A DNA stretch of 64,000 nt. Source: an uncultured Actinomycetota bacterium (lineage in GTDB: Bacteria; Actinomycetota; Actinomycetes; JACCUZ01). Shown here in pieces: positions 9,792 to 22,334 of this stretch. Every line of letters starts with the position of its first letter. Position 1 is the stretch's first letter. The stretch covers positions 875,701 to 939,700 of the forward strand of contig CAVVAH010000008.1 of NCBI GenBank assembly GCA_963746175.1. The letters run 5' to 3'. The notes beneath the pieces are model-generated. The model made no database searches and was not told the DNA's origin. It worked only from the letters and a program-made list of their open reading frames with translations. The translations under genes were made by a program, and so were the position numbers.

Positions 9792-9799
9792 CGGCAGAG

Positions 9800-9845
9800 T
9801 CTTGACGTCGAGATACTTTGCCTAGCGTGCATCTTGATGTCAAGA
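9800..9845. promoter_or_regulatory. Two TamR (UrtR-type MarR) operator palindromes
   Basis: TCTTGACGTCGAGA (9800-9813) and TCTTGATGTCAAGA (9832-9845) match the TCTTGA-NN-TCAAGA UrtR/TamR box. Confidence 0.8.
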
Positions 9846-9900
9846 GACCCATCGACGATGATCGACCCGGCGTCCTCGGCGGCGCCAGGGAGGTGTTGAC

Positions 9901-10395
9901 GTGCAGGACGAGGTCGACCGGCTGGTCGCCGCCTGGGCCCGCGAGCGCCCGGACCTCGACGTCCGGCCGCTCGAGGTGCTCAGCCGGGTGACCCGGCTCG
10001 CCCGGCACCTCGACCGGGCCCGCAGCAGCGCCTTCGAGGCGCACGAGCTCGAGGTGTGGGAGTTCGACGTGCTCGCCGCACTGCGACGCGCCGGGCGCCC
10101 GTACGTCCTCTCCCCCGGGCAGCTCCTCGCCCAGACCCTGGTGACCTCCGGCACGATGACCAACCGGGTCGACCGGCTGGAGGTCCGCGGCCTGGTGCAG
10201 CGGCTGCCCGATCCCGCCGACCGCCGTGGCGTCCACGTCCGGCTCACCCCCCGTGGCAAGGAGCGGGTGGACGCGGCGCTCGCCGACCTGCTCGCCCGCG
10301 AGCGCGACCTGCTCGCGACCCTGTCGACCAAGGAGCGCGACGCGCTCTCCGCCCTCCTCCGTCGCCTGGTCGCGCCCTTCGAGTCCGAGGCCTGA
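9901..10395 (+). CDS. tamR: MarR-family regulator TamR
   Basis: DEVDRLVAAWARERPDLD (UrtR Trp), EFDVLAALRRAG, SGTMTNRVDRLE. Confidence 0.9.
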   Translation: MQDEVDRLVAAWARERPDLDVRPLEVLSRVTRLARHLDRARSSAFEAHELEVWEFDVLAALRRAGRPYVLSPGQLLAQTLVTSGTMTNRVDRLEVRGLVQRLPDPADRRGVHVRLTPRGKERVDAALADLLARERDLLATLSTKERDALSALLRRLVAPFESEA

Positions 10396-11550
10396 CTACG
10401 TCTGTCGGCCGGCCGGGTCGGCGACCTGGGTCGGCAGCAGCGAGCCCAGCCCGAGCAGCAGCTCCTCGGAGGCCGGGCCGGCGGCCAGCTGCACCGACGG
10501 CGGCACGTCGCCGTCGCCCCGCGGCGCCCGCGCCGGCAGCGACAGCGCCGGCCAGCCCAGGTCGTTGAACGGGATGGTGAGCACTGTCAGCCGCAGCTCG
10601 TCGCTGGCTGCCAGCAGCGGCGGCGGTCCGACCAGGGTCGGGAGCGCCAGGGCATCGGCACCCGAGAGCAGCGCTGCGAGGTCCGTACCGAACGACGCCA
10701 TCGTCGAGCGGGCGCGCGCCACGTCCTCGGGGCGTTCGCGCAGGCAGGCCTCGATCGCCGCCCGCGCCCGGTCGCTGAGCAGCTCGGGCCGGTCGAGCAG
10801 GAACGCCTGCGCAGGGCCGGCCTCCGCGTCGAGGATCCGGGCGGCCGCCGAGACCGCCCGCATCCATCCGTAGACCCGCTGCTCGCGGACCTCCCACCCG
10901 GCAGCAGCGAGCGCTTCGTCCACGTCGTGCTCCACTGCGGGGTCGACCCCCACGTCCTCACCCAGTCGCAGCCGTACGACAACCGGCCGACGCGCCGGCA
11001 CCGCCACCTCGAACCCCGGCTCGAGCAGTCCCATCGCGGTGACCAGCCCGGCCACGTCGCGCGCCAGCGGGCCGACGCTGTCCAGCGGGGGTGACAGCGG
11101 GAACACGCCGGCGGTCGAGATCCGGCCACGCGTGGTCTTGAGGCCGGCGACGCCGCACGCGGCCGCCGGGATGCGGACCGAGCCGCCGGTGTCGGTGCCG
11201 AGGGCCACGTCGGCCTCGCCGAGCGCCACCGCGACCGCGGAGCCGGACGAGGAGCCGCCGGGGACCCGCCCGGGATCCAGCGGGTTGACCGGCGTGCCGG
11301 TGTGCTCGTTGACGCCGTCGGCGAACCAGCACAGCTCGCTGAGGTTCGTCTTGCCGATGACCCGGCCGCCGGACCGGCGTACCGCAGCGACGCAGGCAGC
11401 GTCCGCGGCGGCCGGCCCAGAGTCCTCCCGGCTGCGCGCACCGACCGTGGTGACCGTGCCGGCGAGGTCGATGGCGTCCTTGACCGCGACGGTGGGCCCG
11501 TCGCCGGGCGGCGGGTCGACCCGCAGCAACCAGGCCGGTCCCTGCTTCAC
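10396..11550 (-). CDS. Amidase signature family protein
   Basis: VAVKDAID, GKTNLSE, PGGSSSGSAVAV, GTDTGGSVRIPAA; start approximate. Confidence 0.88.
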   Translation of the reverse strand: MKQGPAWLLRVDPPPGDGPTVAVKDAIDLAGTVTTVGARSREDSGPAAADAACVAAVRRSGGRVIGKTNLSELCWFADGVNEHTGTPVNPLDPGRVPGGSSSGSAVAVALGEADVALGTDTGGSVRIPAAACGVAGLKTTRGRISTAGVFPLSPPLDSVGPLARDVAGLVTAMGLLEPGFEVAVPARRPVVVRLRLGEDVGVDPAVEHDVDEALAAAGWEVREQRVYGWMRAVSAAARILDAEAGPAQAFLLDRPELLSDRARAAIEACLRERPEDVARARSTMASFGTDLAALLSGADALALPTLVGPPPLLAASDELRLTVLTIPFNDLGWPALSLPARAPRGDGDVPPSVQLAAGPASEELLLGLGSLLPTQVADPAGRQT

Positions 11551-11560
11551 CGGACCGTCC

Positions 11561-12253
11561 TCATGCCGCGAGGAAACAGCCCTCGCGCAGCACGGGCACC
11601 ACGTCGCTGACGTCGACCTCGCCTGCCAGCCGGACGTCCTCGGCGAAGCCGCGCTCCACCAGCTCGATCCCCGAGGGGCACAGCTCCAGCGGTCGTAGGG
11701 CACGGAACGCGAGCGCCGCGACCTCCGCCTCGGGCGTCAGCTCGAGCGACGGGTTGCGACCGACCAGCCGGTCGACGACGGCACCGGCGCCGACCAGGTC
11801 CTCGTACGCCGGTCGCAGCGAGCCGTCACCCCACCGCTCGCCGGCGGGCACCAGCGCGATCCGCTCGAACGAGTCGAGGTAGCGGCTCACCGCGGCCGCG
11901 TTGCGCAGGCAGCCCGCGACGACCTGTACCTCGTTGTTGATCGCGGCGTACGCGATCGACGAGCCGTTCGGCGACGGCAGCACCAGCCGGGTGTCGGCGT
12001 CGACGTCGAGCAGGCTCAGCGGCGACAACGTGAGGCCCTCGTGCGAGTTGCGGTTGCCGGCGAGGACCGCGTCGATGTCACGGGCCAGCTGGCGGGCCGC
12101 CTCGCCACCCGTGTGCGGCCAGACGCGGGCGCCGCGCTCGACGGCGATGGTCAGTGCGGTCGAGAAGGACAGCACGTCGACCACGACGACGACGTCGCTG
12201 CGCTCAGCCAGCGTGCGGGCACCGAGCGGTCCCCACTCCAGAGCGACCCGCAT
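11561..12253 (-). CDS. 2-phosphosulfolactate phosphatase (ComB-like)
   Basis: VVVDVLSFST, LPSPNGS, GCLRNA, AGERW, EDLVGAGA. Confidence 0.85.
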   Translation of the reverse strand: MRVALEWGPLGARTLAERSDVVVVVDVLSFSTALTIAVERGARVWPHTGGEAARQLARDIDAVLAGNRNSHEGLTLSPLSLLDVDADTRLVLPSPNGSSIAYAAINNEVQVVAGCLRNAAAVSRYLDSFERIALVPAGERWGDGSLRPAYEDLVGAGAVVDRLVGRNPSLELTPEAEVAALAFRALRPLELCPSGIELVERGFAEDVRLAGEVDVSDVVPVLREGCFLAA

Positions 12254-12333
12254 GCGCCGGAGCGTACGCGTCAGCGGTGTCCCCGCGGGCCCGGAGACGC
12301 AATCGTGCGTTCGCGCCGTATCGCCCTGCCGGG

Positions 12334-14148
<1,815 letters not shown>

Positions 14149-14156
14149 GAGCGGGG

Positions 14157-15068
14157 CTATGCCCCGGCGGGGCGGGCGCCGGCGACCGGGCCGTGCGCCC
14201 GGCGGACCGAGCTGCAGGTGCCGGTGGCGCTCAGGCCCACCGCGATGTCGATGGCGTGCTCCTTGCCACGGGCCAGGAAGACGACGCTCGGCCCGCTGCC
14301 CGACACCAGGCCACCCAGTGCTCCGGCCTGGGCGCCGGTCTCGAGCGTCTGCAACAGCTCCGGCCGCAGGGAGCAGGCCGCGTCCTGGAGGTCGTTGTGC
14401 AGCGCGGCGCCGAGGGCGTCGGCGTCACCGGCCCGCAGCGCGGCCATCAAGCCGTCGGAGACCTTGGGCTCCGGGACGTCGGCGTCGCCGCGCAGCCGGT
14501 CGCACTCGGCGTAGACGGCGGGGGTCGAGAGCCCGCCGTCGGCGACAGCAACCACCCACTCGAAGCGGCCGCGGGCCAGCACCGGGGTCAGCACCTCGCC
14601 GCGACCGGTGCCCAGCGCGGTCCCGCCGACCAGCGAGAAAGGCACGTCGCTGCCCAGCTGGCCGGCCAGCTCCAGCAGCTCGTTGCGGGACAGGCCGGTC
14701 TGCCAGAGGGCGTCGCACGCGACGAGGGCGGCGGCCGCGTCGGCGCTGCCGCCGGCCATCCCGCCGGCCACCGGGATGGCCTTGGTGATGTGCAGCCGGA
14801 CGAGCGGGTCGACCCCGGTGCGCTCGGCGAGCGCGGCCGCGGCGGCGACGGCGAGGTTGGTCGCGTCCTGCGGGACGCCGTCGAGCGGGAGACCCTCGGA
14901 GGTGGTGACGCTGACGGACAGCTCGTCCGCCTCGGCCGCCACCACCTCGTCGTGCAGAGAGATGGCGTGGTACGCCGTCGCCACGTCGTGGAAGCCGTCC
15001 GGCCGGAGCGCGCCGACCGCCAGACCGAGGTTGACCTTCGCAGGCGCGCGGACGGTCACCGAGGTCAT
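14157..15068 (-). CDS. ispE: 4-diphosphocytidyl-2-C-methyl-D-erythritol kinase
   Basis: VRAPAKVNLGL, IPVAGGMAGGSADAAA, LGSDVPF, VSGSGPS. Confidence 0.96.
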   Translation of the reverse strand: MTSVTVRAPAKVNLGLAVGALRPDGFHDVATAYHAISLHDEVVAAEADELSVSVTTSEGLPLDGVPQDATNLAVAAAAALAERTGVDPLVRLHITKAIPVAGGMAGGSADAAAALVACDALWQTGLSRNELLELAGQLGSDVPFSLVGGTALGTGRGEVLTPVLARGRFEWVVAVADGGLSTPAVYAECDRLRGDADVPEPKVSDGLMAALRAGDADALGAALHNDLQDAACSLRPELLQTLETGAQAGALGGLVSGSGPSVVFLARGKEHAIDIAVGLSATGTCSSVRRAHGPVAGARPAGA

Positions 15069-15120
15069 GTCCACGACCCTATGAGGCGGGCAGCGCCTGC
15101 GGCGCGGACGGTGTGGTGGT

Positions 15121-15984
15121 TCATGCGGGCGGCCGGTGGGCCGCCAGCCGCGCGAACTCCTCGACGCCGAGCGCCTCGCCCCGGGTCCGCGGGTCGATGC
15201 CTGCGGCGCGCAGCGCGTCCTCGGCGCCGGCCGCGGATCCGGCCCAGCCGGCCAGCGCGGCACGCAACGTCTTGCGCCGCTGGGCGAACGCGGCGTCCAC
15301 CACGGCGAACACCTCGTGCCGGGCCGCCGTGGTCGCCGGCGGCTGCCGGCGGGTCATCGCGACCAGGCCGGAGTCGACGTTCGGCGCCGGCCAGAAGACG
15401 GTCCGGCCGACCGAGCCGGCACGGCGCACGTCGGCGTACCAGGCCGCCTTGACCGACGGCACGCCGTAGACCTTGCTCCCTGACGGCGCAGCGAGCCGGT
15501 CGGCGACCTCCGCCTGCACCATCACCAGCACCCGGCGCAGGGACGGGAACCGCTCCAGCAGGTGCAGCAGCACCGGCACCGAGATGTTGTACGGCAGGTT
15601 CGCCACGAGCGCCGTCGGCGCCGGGCCCGGCAGCGTGTCCAGCCGCAGGGCGTCGGCGGTGACGACCGTGAGCCGGTCGGCGTACGCCGGCGCGTGCCGC
15701 GCGACAGTGGTGGGCAGCTCGCCGGCCAGCCGCGGATCGACCTCGACCGCGGTGACCGACGCGACCTCCGGGAGCAGCGCCAGGGTCAACGAGCCGAGGC
15801 CAGGTCCCACCTCGACGACGTGGTCGTGGGCGCCGACCTCGGCCGTGCGGACGATGCGCCGCACGGTGTTGGGGTCGATGACGAAGTTCTGGCCCAGCGC
15901 CTTGGTCGGCCGGGCACCGAGGCGGGCGGCCAGCTCGCGCACCTCGGCCGGTCCGAGCAGTGCGGAGGCCGGGTCAGGGGTCAT
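15121..15984 (-). CDS. rsmA: 16S rRNA m62A1518/1519 dimethyltransferase
   Basis: [37 protein letters not shown]. Confidence 0.96.
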   Translation of the reverse strand: MTPDPASALLGPAEVRELAARLGARPTKALGQNFVIDPNTVRRIVRTAEVGAHDHVVEVGPGLGSLTLALLPEVASVTAVEVDPRLAGELPTTVARHAPAYADRLTVVTADALRLDTLPGPAPTALVANLPYNISVPVLLHLLERFPSLRRVLVMVQAEVADRLAAPSGSKVYGVPSVKAAWYADVRRAGSVGRTVFWPAPNVDSGLVAMTRRQPPATTAARHEVFAVVDAAFAQRRKTLRAALAGWAGSAAGAEDALRAAGIDPRTRGEALGVEEFARLAAHRPPA

Positions 15985-15994
15985 CCGGCCGGCG

Positions 15995-17152
15995 TCAGCT
16001 GAACAGGTAGTGGCCGCAGACCGGCCACTGGCCGGCGCCGCTGCGGTTGTAGAGGATCTGCGCCCGGTAGGTCTGCTCGGACGCGCTGGCCTGGGTCGGC
16101 AGCCCGACGCCGCCCACGGCGTGCCAGGTGCTCTCCATGAACTGGTACAGCCCGTAGAACGGGCCGGCCGAGTTGTAGGCCTGCGGGTTGCCGCTCGACT
16201 CGCAGTTGGCCAGCGCGGCCCAGTTGAGCCCGTCGGCCGTGGGCGCGTTGTCCGGTCGCTTCTTGGTGCCGACGAGCAGGACCTCGGTCACCGGGTCCTT
16301 GGCGACCTCCTTGCTCACGAGCGTGCGCGAGTCGAGCGACCCGTCGAGGTAGGTCTCGCGGTAGGTGCGTGCCTCGATGCCGACCTTGCCCTGCTCGAGG
16401 ACCTTGGTCTCGCCGGTGTAGAGCTCGTCGCTCTTCTTCTTCACGGTGTCGAACCGGATCGGCCGTTCCTCGACCACCCGCTTGCCGTCGACGCGGGTCA
16501 CGGACACGACCTGCTCGGCGTACGGCGGTGCGCTGAGGTCGGTGGACACGCGGTCCTGGGTGCGCAGCTGCACGCCGGACTCGGCGAGCGCGCCGCGCAC
16601 CGTGGTGGCCGTCGTCGTCACCTCGTGCCGGTCGCCGTCGGCGAGGAAGGTGATGTGGTGCGGCATCCGCACGTCGAGCTCGATGCCGCCGCGGGTGATG
16701 CGGCGGCTGCGCGAGGCGGAGACCCAGGCGCCGTCGGACCGGACGCCGAGCAGCAGCAGCGCCTCGGACACCGTGCGACCGGTGGTCCACACCGTGCGGG
16801 TCCGGCCGTCGACCGTGAGCAGCACCGGCCGGCCGTACCGCACCACGACGGTCTCGCCGTCGGACAGCGACGAGCCGGGCGACGGGCTGACGAGGTCGTG
16901 GGCCTGGTCGTAGCCGATGCCCTCGCTGTCGAGCAGGTCACCCACCGTGCGGGCGAAGCCGCGGACCTGGTGGTCGCGGCCGTCGATCGAGACCGTCACG
17001 GTCTTGTCCAGCCGGACGAACGCCGTGGTCCCGGCCACCAGCGCCAGCACGACGGCGAGCTGGAGCAGCAGCGTCGGCCCGGTGGTCAGCACGGTCCGCA
17101 GCAGGGACCGCCGGGGTCCTGCCGAGTGCCGACCCCGTGGCTGCCCGCTCAT
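15995..17152 (-). CDS. rpfB: Resuscitation-promoting factor RpfB-like (TM, DUF348 repeats, G5, transglycosylase)
   Basis: TM segment, ubiquitin-like repeats, [10 protein letters not shown] (G5), [27 protein letters not shown]; position between tatD and rsmA; start approximate. Confidence 0.9.
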   Translation of the reverse strand: MSGQPRGRHSAGPRRSLLRTVLTTGPTLLLQLAVVLALVAGTTAFVRLDKTVTVSIDGRDHQVRGFARTVGDLLDSEGIGYDQAHDLVSPSPGSSLSDGETVVVRYGRPVLLTVDGRTRTVWTTGRTVSEALLLLGVRSDGAWVSASRSRRITRGGIELDVRMPHHITFLADGDRHEVTTTATTVRGALAESGVQLRTQDRVSTDLSAPPYAEQVVSVTRVDGKRVVEERPIRFDTVKKKSDELYTGETKVLEQGKVGIEARTYRETYLDGSLDSRTLVSKEVAKDPVTEVLLVGTKKRPDNAPTADGLNWAALANCESSGNPQAYNSAGPFYGLYQFMESTWHAVGGVGLPTQASASEQTYRAQILYNRSGAGQWPVCGHYLFS

Positions 17153-17356
17153 AGGCCGATGACGGTACCGGCCCCTTTCGGGCATCGGCAACACGAGTCC
17201 CACATGTCACACCGCATGGAATCGGTCCCCGCCTCCCGTGCGGGTAGTGCCCGCCTCCGTCAGGCCGGCCAGGACGAGCAGATGCAGTCGTCGGTCGTCC
17301 GCCGCTCGCGACTCTCCCGCCGTCCACCCGCCTGCCGCATCTGCCCCCCGTCCCAA

Positions 17357-17440
17357 CGATGATCGTTTGCGACCTGAGTCCCCGACACGCCGGTGACAGC
17401 CCGGCGTGTCGGGGGACCAGGTCGCAAACGATCTTCATCG
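17357..17440. repeat. REP-like long hairpin with GATC ends
   Basis: GATCGTTTGCGACCTG (17361-17376)/CAGGTCGCAAACGATC (17418-17433) plus inner 14-bp stem 17380-17393/17401-17414. Confidence 0.75.
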
Positions 17441-17442
17441 GG

Positions 17443-18321
17443 CTACCAGGGGCCGAAGGCGGCGTCCGTGGCGGCCGCGACGGCGGTGGCCATCGTGTCC
17501 TCGTCGACGCCCTTGACGGCCGCCATCGCGCGCAGGGTGTGCGGGACGAGGTACGACGCGTTGGGCCGGCCGCGGTAGGGCATCGGCGTGAGGTAGGGCG
17601 CGTCGGTCTCGACCAGCAGCCGCTCGAGCGGCGCCGCCGCGAGGGCTGCCCGCAGGCCGTCGGCGTTCTTGAACGTCACGGTGCCGGCGAACGAGAGGTA
17701 CCAGCCGCGCCGCGCGCAGTGCTCGGCCATCGCGGCGTCACCGGAGAAGCAGTGGAAGACGACCCGGTCCGGGGCGCCGGCGTCCTCGAGCACGCGGAGG
17801 ACGTCGTCGTGCGCGTCCCGGTCGTGGATGACCAGGGCCTTGCCGTGCCGCCTGGCCATCTCGATGTGCGCGCGGAACGACGACTCCTGCACACCACGGC
17901 CCTCGGGCCCGGTCCGGAAGTGGTCCAGCCCCGTCTCCCCCACGGCCCGCACCACCGGGTCGGCGGCGAGCGCGTCGATCTCACCGAGGGCGGCGTCGAG
18001 CGTCCCCGCGTCGGCGAGCAGCGGCGCCTCGTTCGGGTGCAGCGCCACGCCGGCCACCAGCTCGTCGTACCGCCGCGCCGTCTCGACCGCCCACCGGGCG
18101 CCCGGGAGGTCGCAGCCGATCTGGACGATGCGGGGTACGCCGACGGCGGCCGAGGCCGTCAGCGCGTCGTCGACCGAGAGCCAGTCCTCGGGCGGGTCGG
18201 CGATGTCGAGGTGGCAGTGCGAGTCGGCCACCGGCACCCGGAGTGGTTCCGGGGCCGGTGGCCGCTCGCGAGGGCCGGCAACCCGGCCCTTGCGCGCCCG
18301 GGTGGGCCCGTCCGGGCTCAC
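17443..18321 (-). CDS. tatD: TatD-family DNase/hydrolase
   Basis: DSHCHLD, ALHPNEA, VGETGLD, IHDRDAH, FHCFSGD, VETDAPYL; GTGA overlap with metG. Confidence 0.95.
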   Translation of the reverse strand: MSPDGPTRARKGRVAGPRERPPAPEPLRVPVADSHCHLDIADPPEDWLSVDDALTASAAVGVPRIVQIGCDLPGARWAVETARRYDELVAGVALHPNEAPLLADAGTLDAALGEIDALAADPVVRAVGETGLDHFRTGPEGRGVQESSFRAHIEMARRHGKALVIHDRDAHDDVLRVLEDAGAPDRVVFHCFSGDAAMAEHCARRGWYLSFAGTVTFKNADGLRAALAAAPLERLLVETDAPYLTPMPYRGRPNASYLVPHTLRAMAAVKGVDEDTMATAVAAATDAAFGPW

Positions 18322-19931
18322 GCCTGCTCGGGCTCCTCGATGCGCGGGAACAGCGGCTCGGACTTGGTGACCGGAGCCCCGGCCGGCAGCTGGCCCCATC
18401 GGCCGGCGTCCTGCACCCGGGCGTCGGCGAGCGGACCGAGCGCCACCTCTGCGCCGAGGGACTGCCAGAGGACCGTGGTCGCCTTCGGCATCACCGGGTG
18501 CAGCAGCACCGCGACGACGCGCAGCGCCTCGGCCGTGGCGTACAGGATGCGGTCGAGGTCGGCGGCGCGGGACTCGTCCTTCGCCACCTTCCACGGCTCC
18601 TGCTCGGTGACGTAGTTGTTGACCACGCGCACGTAGTCCATCGCCGCCAGGATCGCGCCCTGCAGGTCGAGCCGGTCGATCGCCGCCTCGGCCGTCGTGA
18701 CCGCCGTCGCGGCGCCGTCCGCCAGCAGGGGCTCGTCGACCGGCGCCGGCAGCACGCCCTCGCGGTAGCGGCCGACCATCGAGGTGAGCCGCGACGCGAG
18801 GTTGCCGAGCTGGTCCGCGAGCTCCGCCTTGTAGCGCGCGCCGAGGTCCTCCCAGGAGAACGAGCCGTCCTGGCCGAACTCGATGGCCCGCAGGAAGTAG
18901 TAGCGGAACGCGTCCGAGCCGAAGACGTCGACGATCTGGCTCGGCGGGATGGCGGTGAGCTTGGACTTGCTCATCTTCTCCCCGCCGACGAGCAGCCAGC
19001 CGTGCGCGAACACGGTCTTGGGCAGCGGTACGCCGGCCGCCAGCAGCATGGCCGGCCAGATGACGGCGTGGAACCGCAGGATGTCCTTGCCGACCAGGTG
19101 GACGTCGGGCGGCCAGGTGCGGGCGAACTTCTCCGCGGCTGCCTCGTCGCCGTACCCGGCGGCGGAGAGGTAGTTGAGGAGGGCGTCGATCCAGACGTAG
19201 AGGACGTGCTTGTCGTCCCACGGGATCGGGATGCCCCAGTTGAACGTCGACCGGGAGATCGACAGGTCCTGCAGGCCCTGCCGGACGAACGAGACGACCT
19301 CGTTCCGGGCGCTGGCCGGCTGGACGAAGTCGGGCTGCGACTCGTAGAGGGCGAGCAGCTGGTCGGCGTACGCCGAGAGCCGGAAGAAGTAGTTCTGCTC
19401 GGAGAGCCACTCGACGGGGCGGCCGTGGATGGGGCAGAGCTTCTCGCCGTTCTCGCCCTCGACGAGCTCGCTCTCGAGCTTGAACTCCTCGCAGGGCACG
19501 CAGTACGGCCCCTCGTAGCTGCCCTGGTAGACGTCGCCCTTCTCGTTGAGCGTCGACCAGAACTCCTGCACCCGGCGCGTGTGCCGCGGCTCGGTGGTGC
19601 GGATGAAGTCGTCGTTGGCGGAGTCGATGGTCTGCAGGACCGGCTTCCAGGCGTTCTCGACAAGGTCGTCGGTGAACTCCTTGGCGGTCTTGCCGGCCGC
19701 CTCGGCCGACCGGAGGACCTTCTCGCCGTGCTCGTCGGTGCCGGTCAGGAACCAGACGTCCTCGCCGCGCTGCCGGTGCCACCGGCTCAGGACGTCGCCG
19801 GCCACGGTCGTGTACGCGTTGCCGATGTGCGGCGCCGCGCTCACGTAGTAGATCGGCGTCGTGACGTAGTACGCCTTCCCGGCGGGGGTCTTCTCCCCGG
19901 TCGGGACGGCGTCTGCTGCGGCGTCGGTCAT
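18318..19931 (-). CDS. metG: Methionine--tRNA ligase
   Basis: YVTTPIYYV, HIGN motif, GTDEHG, YVWIDAL, GKDILRFH, KMSKS. Confidence 0.97.
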   Translation of the reverse strand: MTDAAADAVPTGEKTPAGKAYYVTTPIYYVSAAPHIGNAYTTVAGDVLSRWHRQRGEDVWFLTGTDEHGEKVLRSAEAAGKTAKEFTDDLVENAWKPVLQTIDSANDDFIRTTEPRHTRRVQEFWSTLNEKGDVYQGSYEGPYCVPCEEFKLESELVEGENGEKLCPIHGRPVEWLSEQNYFFRLSAYADQLLALYESQPDFVQPASARNEVVSFVRQGLQDLSISRSTFNWGIPIPWDDKHVLYVWIDALLNYLSAAGYGDEAAAEKFARTWPPDVHLVGKDILRFHAVIWPAMLLAAGVPLPKTVFAHGWLLVGGEKMSKSKLTAIPPSQIVDVFGSDAFRYYFLRAIEFGQDGSFSWEDLGARYKAELADQLGNLASRLTSMVGRYREGVLPAPVDEPLLADGAATAVTTAEAAIDRLDLQGAILAAMDYVRVVNNYVTEQEPWKVAKDESRAADLDRILYATAEALRVVAVLLHPVMPKATTVLWQSLGAEVALGPLADARVQDAGRWGQLPAGAPVTKSEPLFPRIEEPEQA

Positions 19932-20097
19932 GCCTCCAGCCTACGGGCGCCTCGCCACCGACTTCCCGGTGCAGTCACCGTCGGGTGACGGACGGTCAAT
20001 GGTCCGCTCGGCCCATGGCGAGCAAGATCGCCGACGCCCTAGCGTGCGCCGGAGCGGCTGCCAACGGGGGCTCCGCACGACGGGGGGGTTCCAGCCC

Positions 20098-21087
20098 ATG
20101 CTCCGGTCTCGCACGCGAGTCGCCACCCTGCTGGCGATCAGCGCCCTGGTCGCAGTCTGTGCCGGCGAGCAGGCCGCCCATGCCGGCTCGCCGGTGTACG
20201 GGAAGGTCGTCATGGTCGACGACGGCGACACGATCGACGTCGACCTGGCCCGCGACGGCACGGCCAAGCCGAAGCGGATCCGCTACATCGGCGTGCAGGC
20301 GATGGAGATGCACAGCTACAACGTCGACCTCGCGAAGACGACCGGGGAGTGCTGGGCGAAGGAGGCCGCGCGGCTGCTCTACCGCCTCACGTTCGACAAG
20401 CGGGTACGCCTGTCCTCGCGCCTCGAGTCGTCGCACAAGGGCGCCCGGCTGCACCGTTCGGTGGCCGTCCTCAAGCACGGCTCCTGGGTGGACACCGGCG
20501 GGCGGGTGGTCTCGGCCGGCCTGGCGCTGCCGGACAACGGCAACATCGAGTACCTCAAGAACGCCGACTACCGGCTGCGCGCGCAGCAGGCGGCTGCCGC
20601 CGGCCTGGGCATGTGGGGCGACTCGCAGCACTGCGGGGCCGGCCCGTCGCAGGACGTGCCGATCACGGTGCGGGTCGAGTGGGACGCGCCCGGCAACGAC
20701 AACGCCAACATCAACGGCGAGTACGCCGCCGTCACCAACGGTGGCGCCGTGCCCCTGCCGCTCGGTGGCTGGTGGATCCGCGACAACGCCTACCGCGGCT
20801 CCAAGGCGCACGGCTACGCCTTCCCGCCCGGGTTCGTGCTGGCGCCGGGCGCGACGGTCCGCGTGCACCCGGGAGCCGGCAGCAACACCGGCGAGAACCT
20901 CTACTGGGGGTTGGCCGAGTCGGTGTACGAGAACGTCACCGGCGCACCGACGAACATGGGCGACGGGGCGTGGCTGTTCGACCCGGACGGCGACCTGCGC
21001 GCGTGGCAGATGTACCCGTGCGCGTGGGCCTGCCCGCCGCCGCCGCCGGAGCCGACCGAGCCGACCGAGCCGCCGGGCGAGTACTAG
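20098..21087 (+). CDS. Secreted thermonuclease (SNase)-like domain + lamin-tail domain protein with Pro-rich tail
   Basis: Signal peptide; VDDGDTIDV..IRYIGVQAME..AAGLGMW; DAPGNDNANINGEY..LGGWWIRD..FPPGFVLAPGATVRVH..N..GDGAWLFDPDG; PPPPPEPTEPTEPP. Confidence 0.8.
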   Translation: MLRSRTRVATLLAISALVAVCAGEQAAHAGSPVYGKVVMVDDGDTIDVDLARDGTAKPKRIRYIGVQAMEMHSYNVDLAKTTGECWAKEAARLLYRLTFDKRVRLSSRLESSHKGARLHRSVAVLKHGSWVDTGGRVVSAGLALPDNGNIEYLKNADYRLRAQQAAAAGLGMWGDSQHCGAGPSQDVPITVRVEWDAPGNDNANINGEYAAVTNGGAVPLPLGGWWIRDNAYRGSKAHGYAFPPGFVLAPGATVRVHPGAGSNTGENLYWGLAESVYENVTGAPTNMGDGAWLFDPDGDLRAWQMYPCAWACPPPPPEPTEPTEPPGEY

Positions 21088-22259
21088 CCGAGCTTGGGGA
21101 GGCCGCGCTTGAGGTTGCGGACGGCCTGCACGATCCGCTGCTCGTTCTCGATGAGCGCGAAGCGCACGAAGCCGTCGCCGGCCGGCCCGAAGCCGACGCC
21201 CGGCGACACCGCGACGTCGGCGTCCTTGACCAGCATCGTCGCGAACTCGATCGAGCCCATCTCGGCGTACGGCTCGGGAATGGGCGCCCAGGCGAACATC
21301 GTGCCGCGCGGCCGCTCGATCTCCCAGCCGATCCGGCCGAGGCCGTCGATCAGGGCGTTGCGCCGCGACTCGTAGACCGCGTTGACCTCGGCCGGGTAGT
21401 CGGACGCCTCGTTCATCGTGACGGTGGCCGCGATCTGGATCGGCTGGAAGGTGCCGTAGTCGAGGTAGCTCTTCAGCTTCGTCAGTGCGCCGACGACCTC
21501 GGCGTTGCCTACCAGGAAGGCGACCCGCCAGCCGGCCATCGAGAACGACTTCGTCATCGAGTAGAGCTCGACCGAGCACTCCCTGGCACCCTCGCACTGG
21601 AGGATCGACGGCGGCTGCCAGCCGTCGAACGCCACGTCGGCGTAGGCGAAGTCGTGCACCAGGACCACGTCGCGCTCGCGGGCCCAGTCGACCAGTCGCT
21701 GCATGTCGGCCAGCTCGACCGTCGCCGTCGTGGGGTTGTGCGGGAACGACAGCACGACCACGCGCGGCTTGGGCCAGCCGAGCTCCCACGCCTCCATGAC
21801 GTTGCCGACGTAGTCCTCGCCGGTGCCCACCGGCACCTGGCGCGCGTCGGCGCCGGCGAAGTACGGCCCCCAGATGTGGATCGGGTACGACGGGCTCGGC
21901 ACCAGCGCGGCGTCACCGGGCTGGAGCAGCACCCACATGAGGTGGCTGAAGCCCTCCTTGGCGCCGATCGTCGACAGCACCTCGGTCTCCGGGTCGAGGC
22001 TGACCCCGAACTTGCGCAGGTAGAGCGCGGCGACCGCCTGGCGCAGCTTGGGAATGCCCCGGCTCGCGGAGTAGCGGTGGTTGCGCGTGACGTGCGCCGC
22101 CTCGGCGAGCTTCTCCACCGCGATCGCCGGCGACGGCAGGTCGGGGTTGCCGAAGCCGAGGTCGATCACGTCCCGCCCGGCCCGGCGCGCCTCCTGCTTG
22201 AGCCCGTCGATGATCGTGAACACGTACGGCGGCAGGCCCGGGATGCGGCGGAACTCCAT
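21084..22259 (-). CDS. Class I/II PLP aminotransferase (AlaC-like)
   Basis: DLGFGNPD, IGAKEG, FPHNPT, HDFAY, SMTKSFSMAGWR. Confidence 0.9.
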   Translation of the reverse strand: MEFRRIPGLPPYVFTIIDGLKQEARRAGRDVIDLGFGNPDLPSPAIAVEKLAEAAHVTRNHRYSASRGIPKLRQAVAALYLRKFGVSLDPETEVLSTIGAKEGFSHLMWVLLQPGDAALVPSPSYPIHIWGPYFAGADARQVPVGTGEDYVGNVMEAWELGWPKPRVVVLSFPHNPTTATVELADMQRLVDWARERDVVLVHDFAYADVAFDGWQPPSILQCEGARECSVELYSMTKSFSMAGWRVAFLVGNAEVVGALTKLKSYLDYGTFQPIQIAATVTMNEASDYPAEVNAVYESRRNALIDGLGRIGWEIERPRGTMFAWAPIPEPYAEMGSIEFATMLVKDADVAVSPGVGFGPAGDGFVRFALIENEQRIVQAVRNLKRGLPKLG

Positions 22260-22334
22260 CCCGCCAGGCTAGACCGCCCCGCTCCGCCGGATTCGTACCC
22301 GCTCGCGCAGCGGACTCGATCTCGTGTCGTGCGG

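Noticed and set aside
17153-17356. c-di-AMP (ydaO) riboswitch upstream of rpfB
   Set aside because: Conserved ydaO-type motifs were not recognisable; an Infernal scan would be needed.
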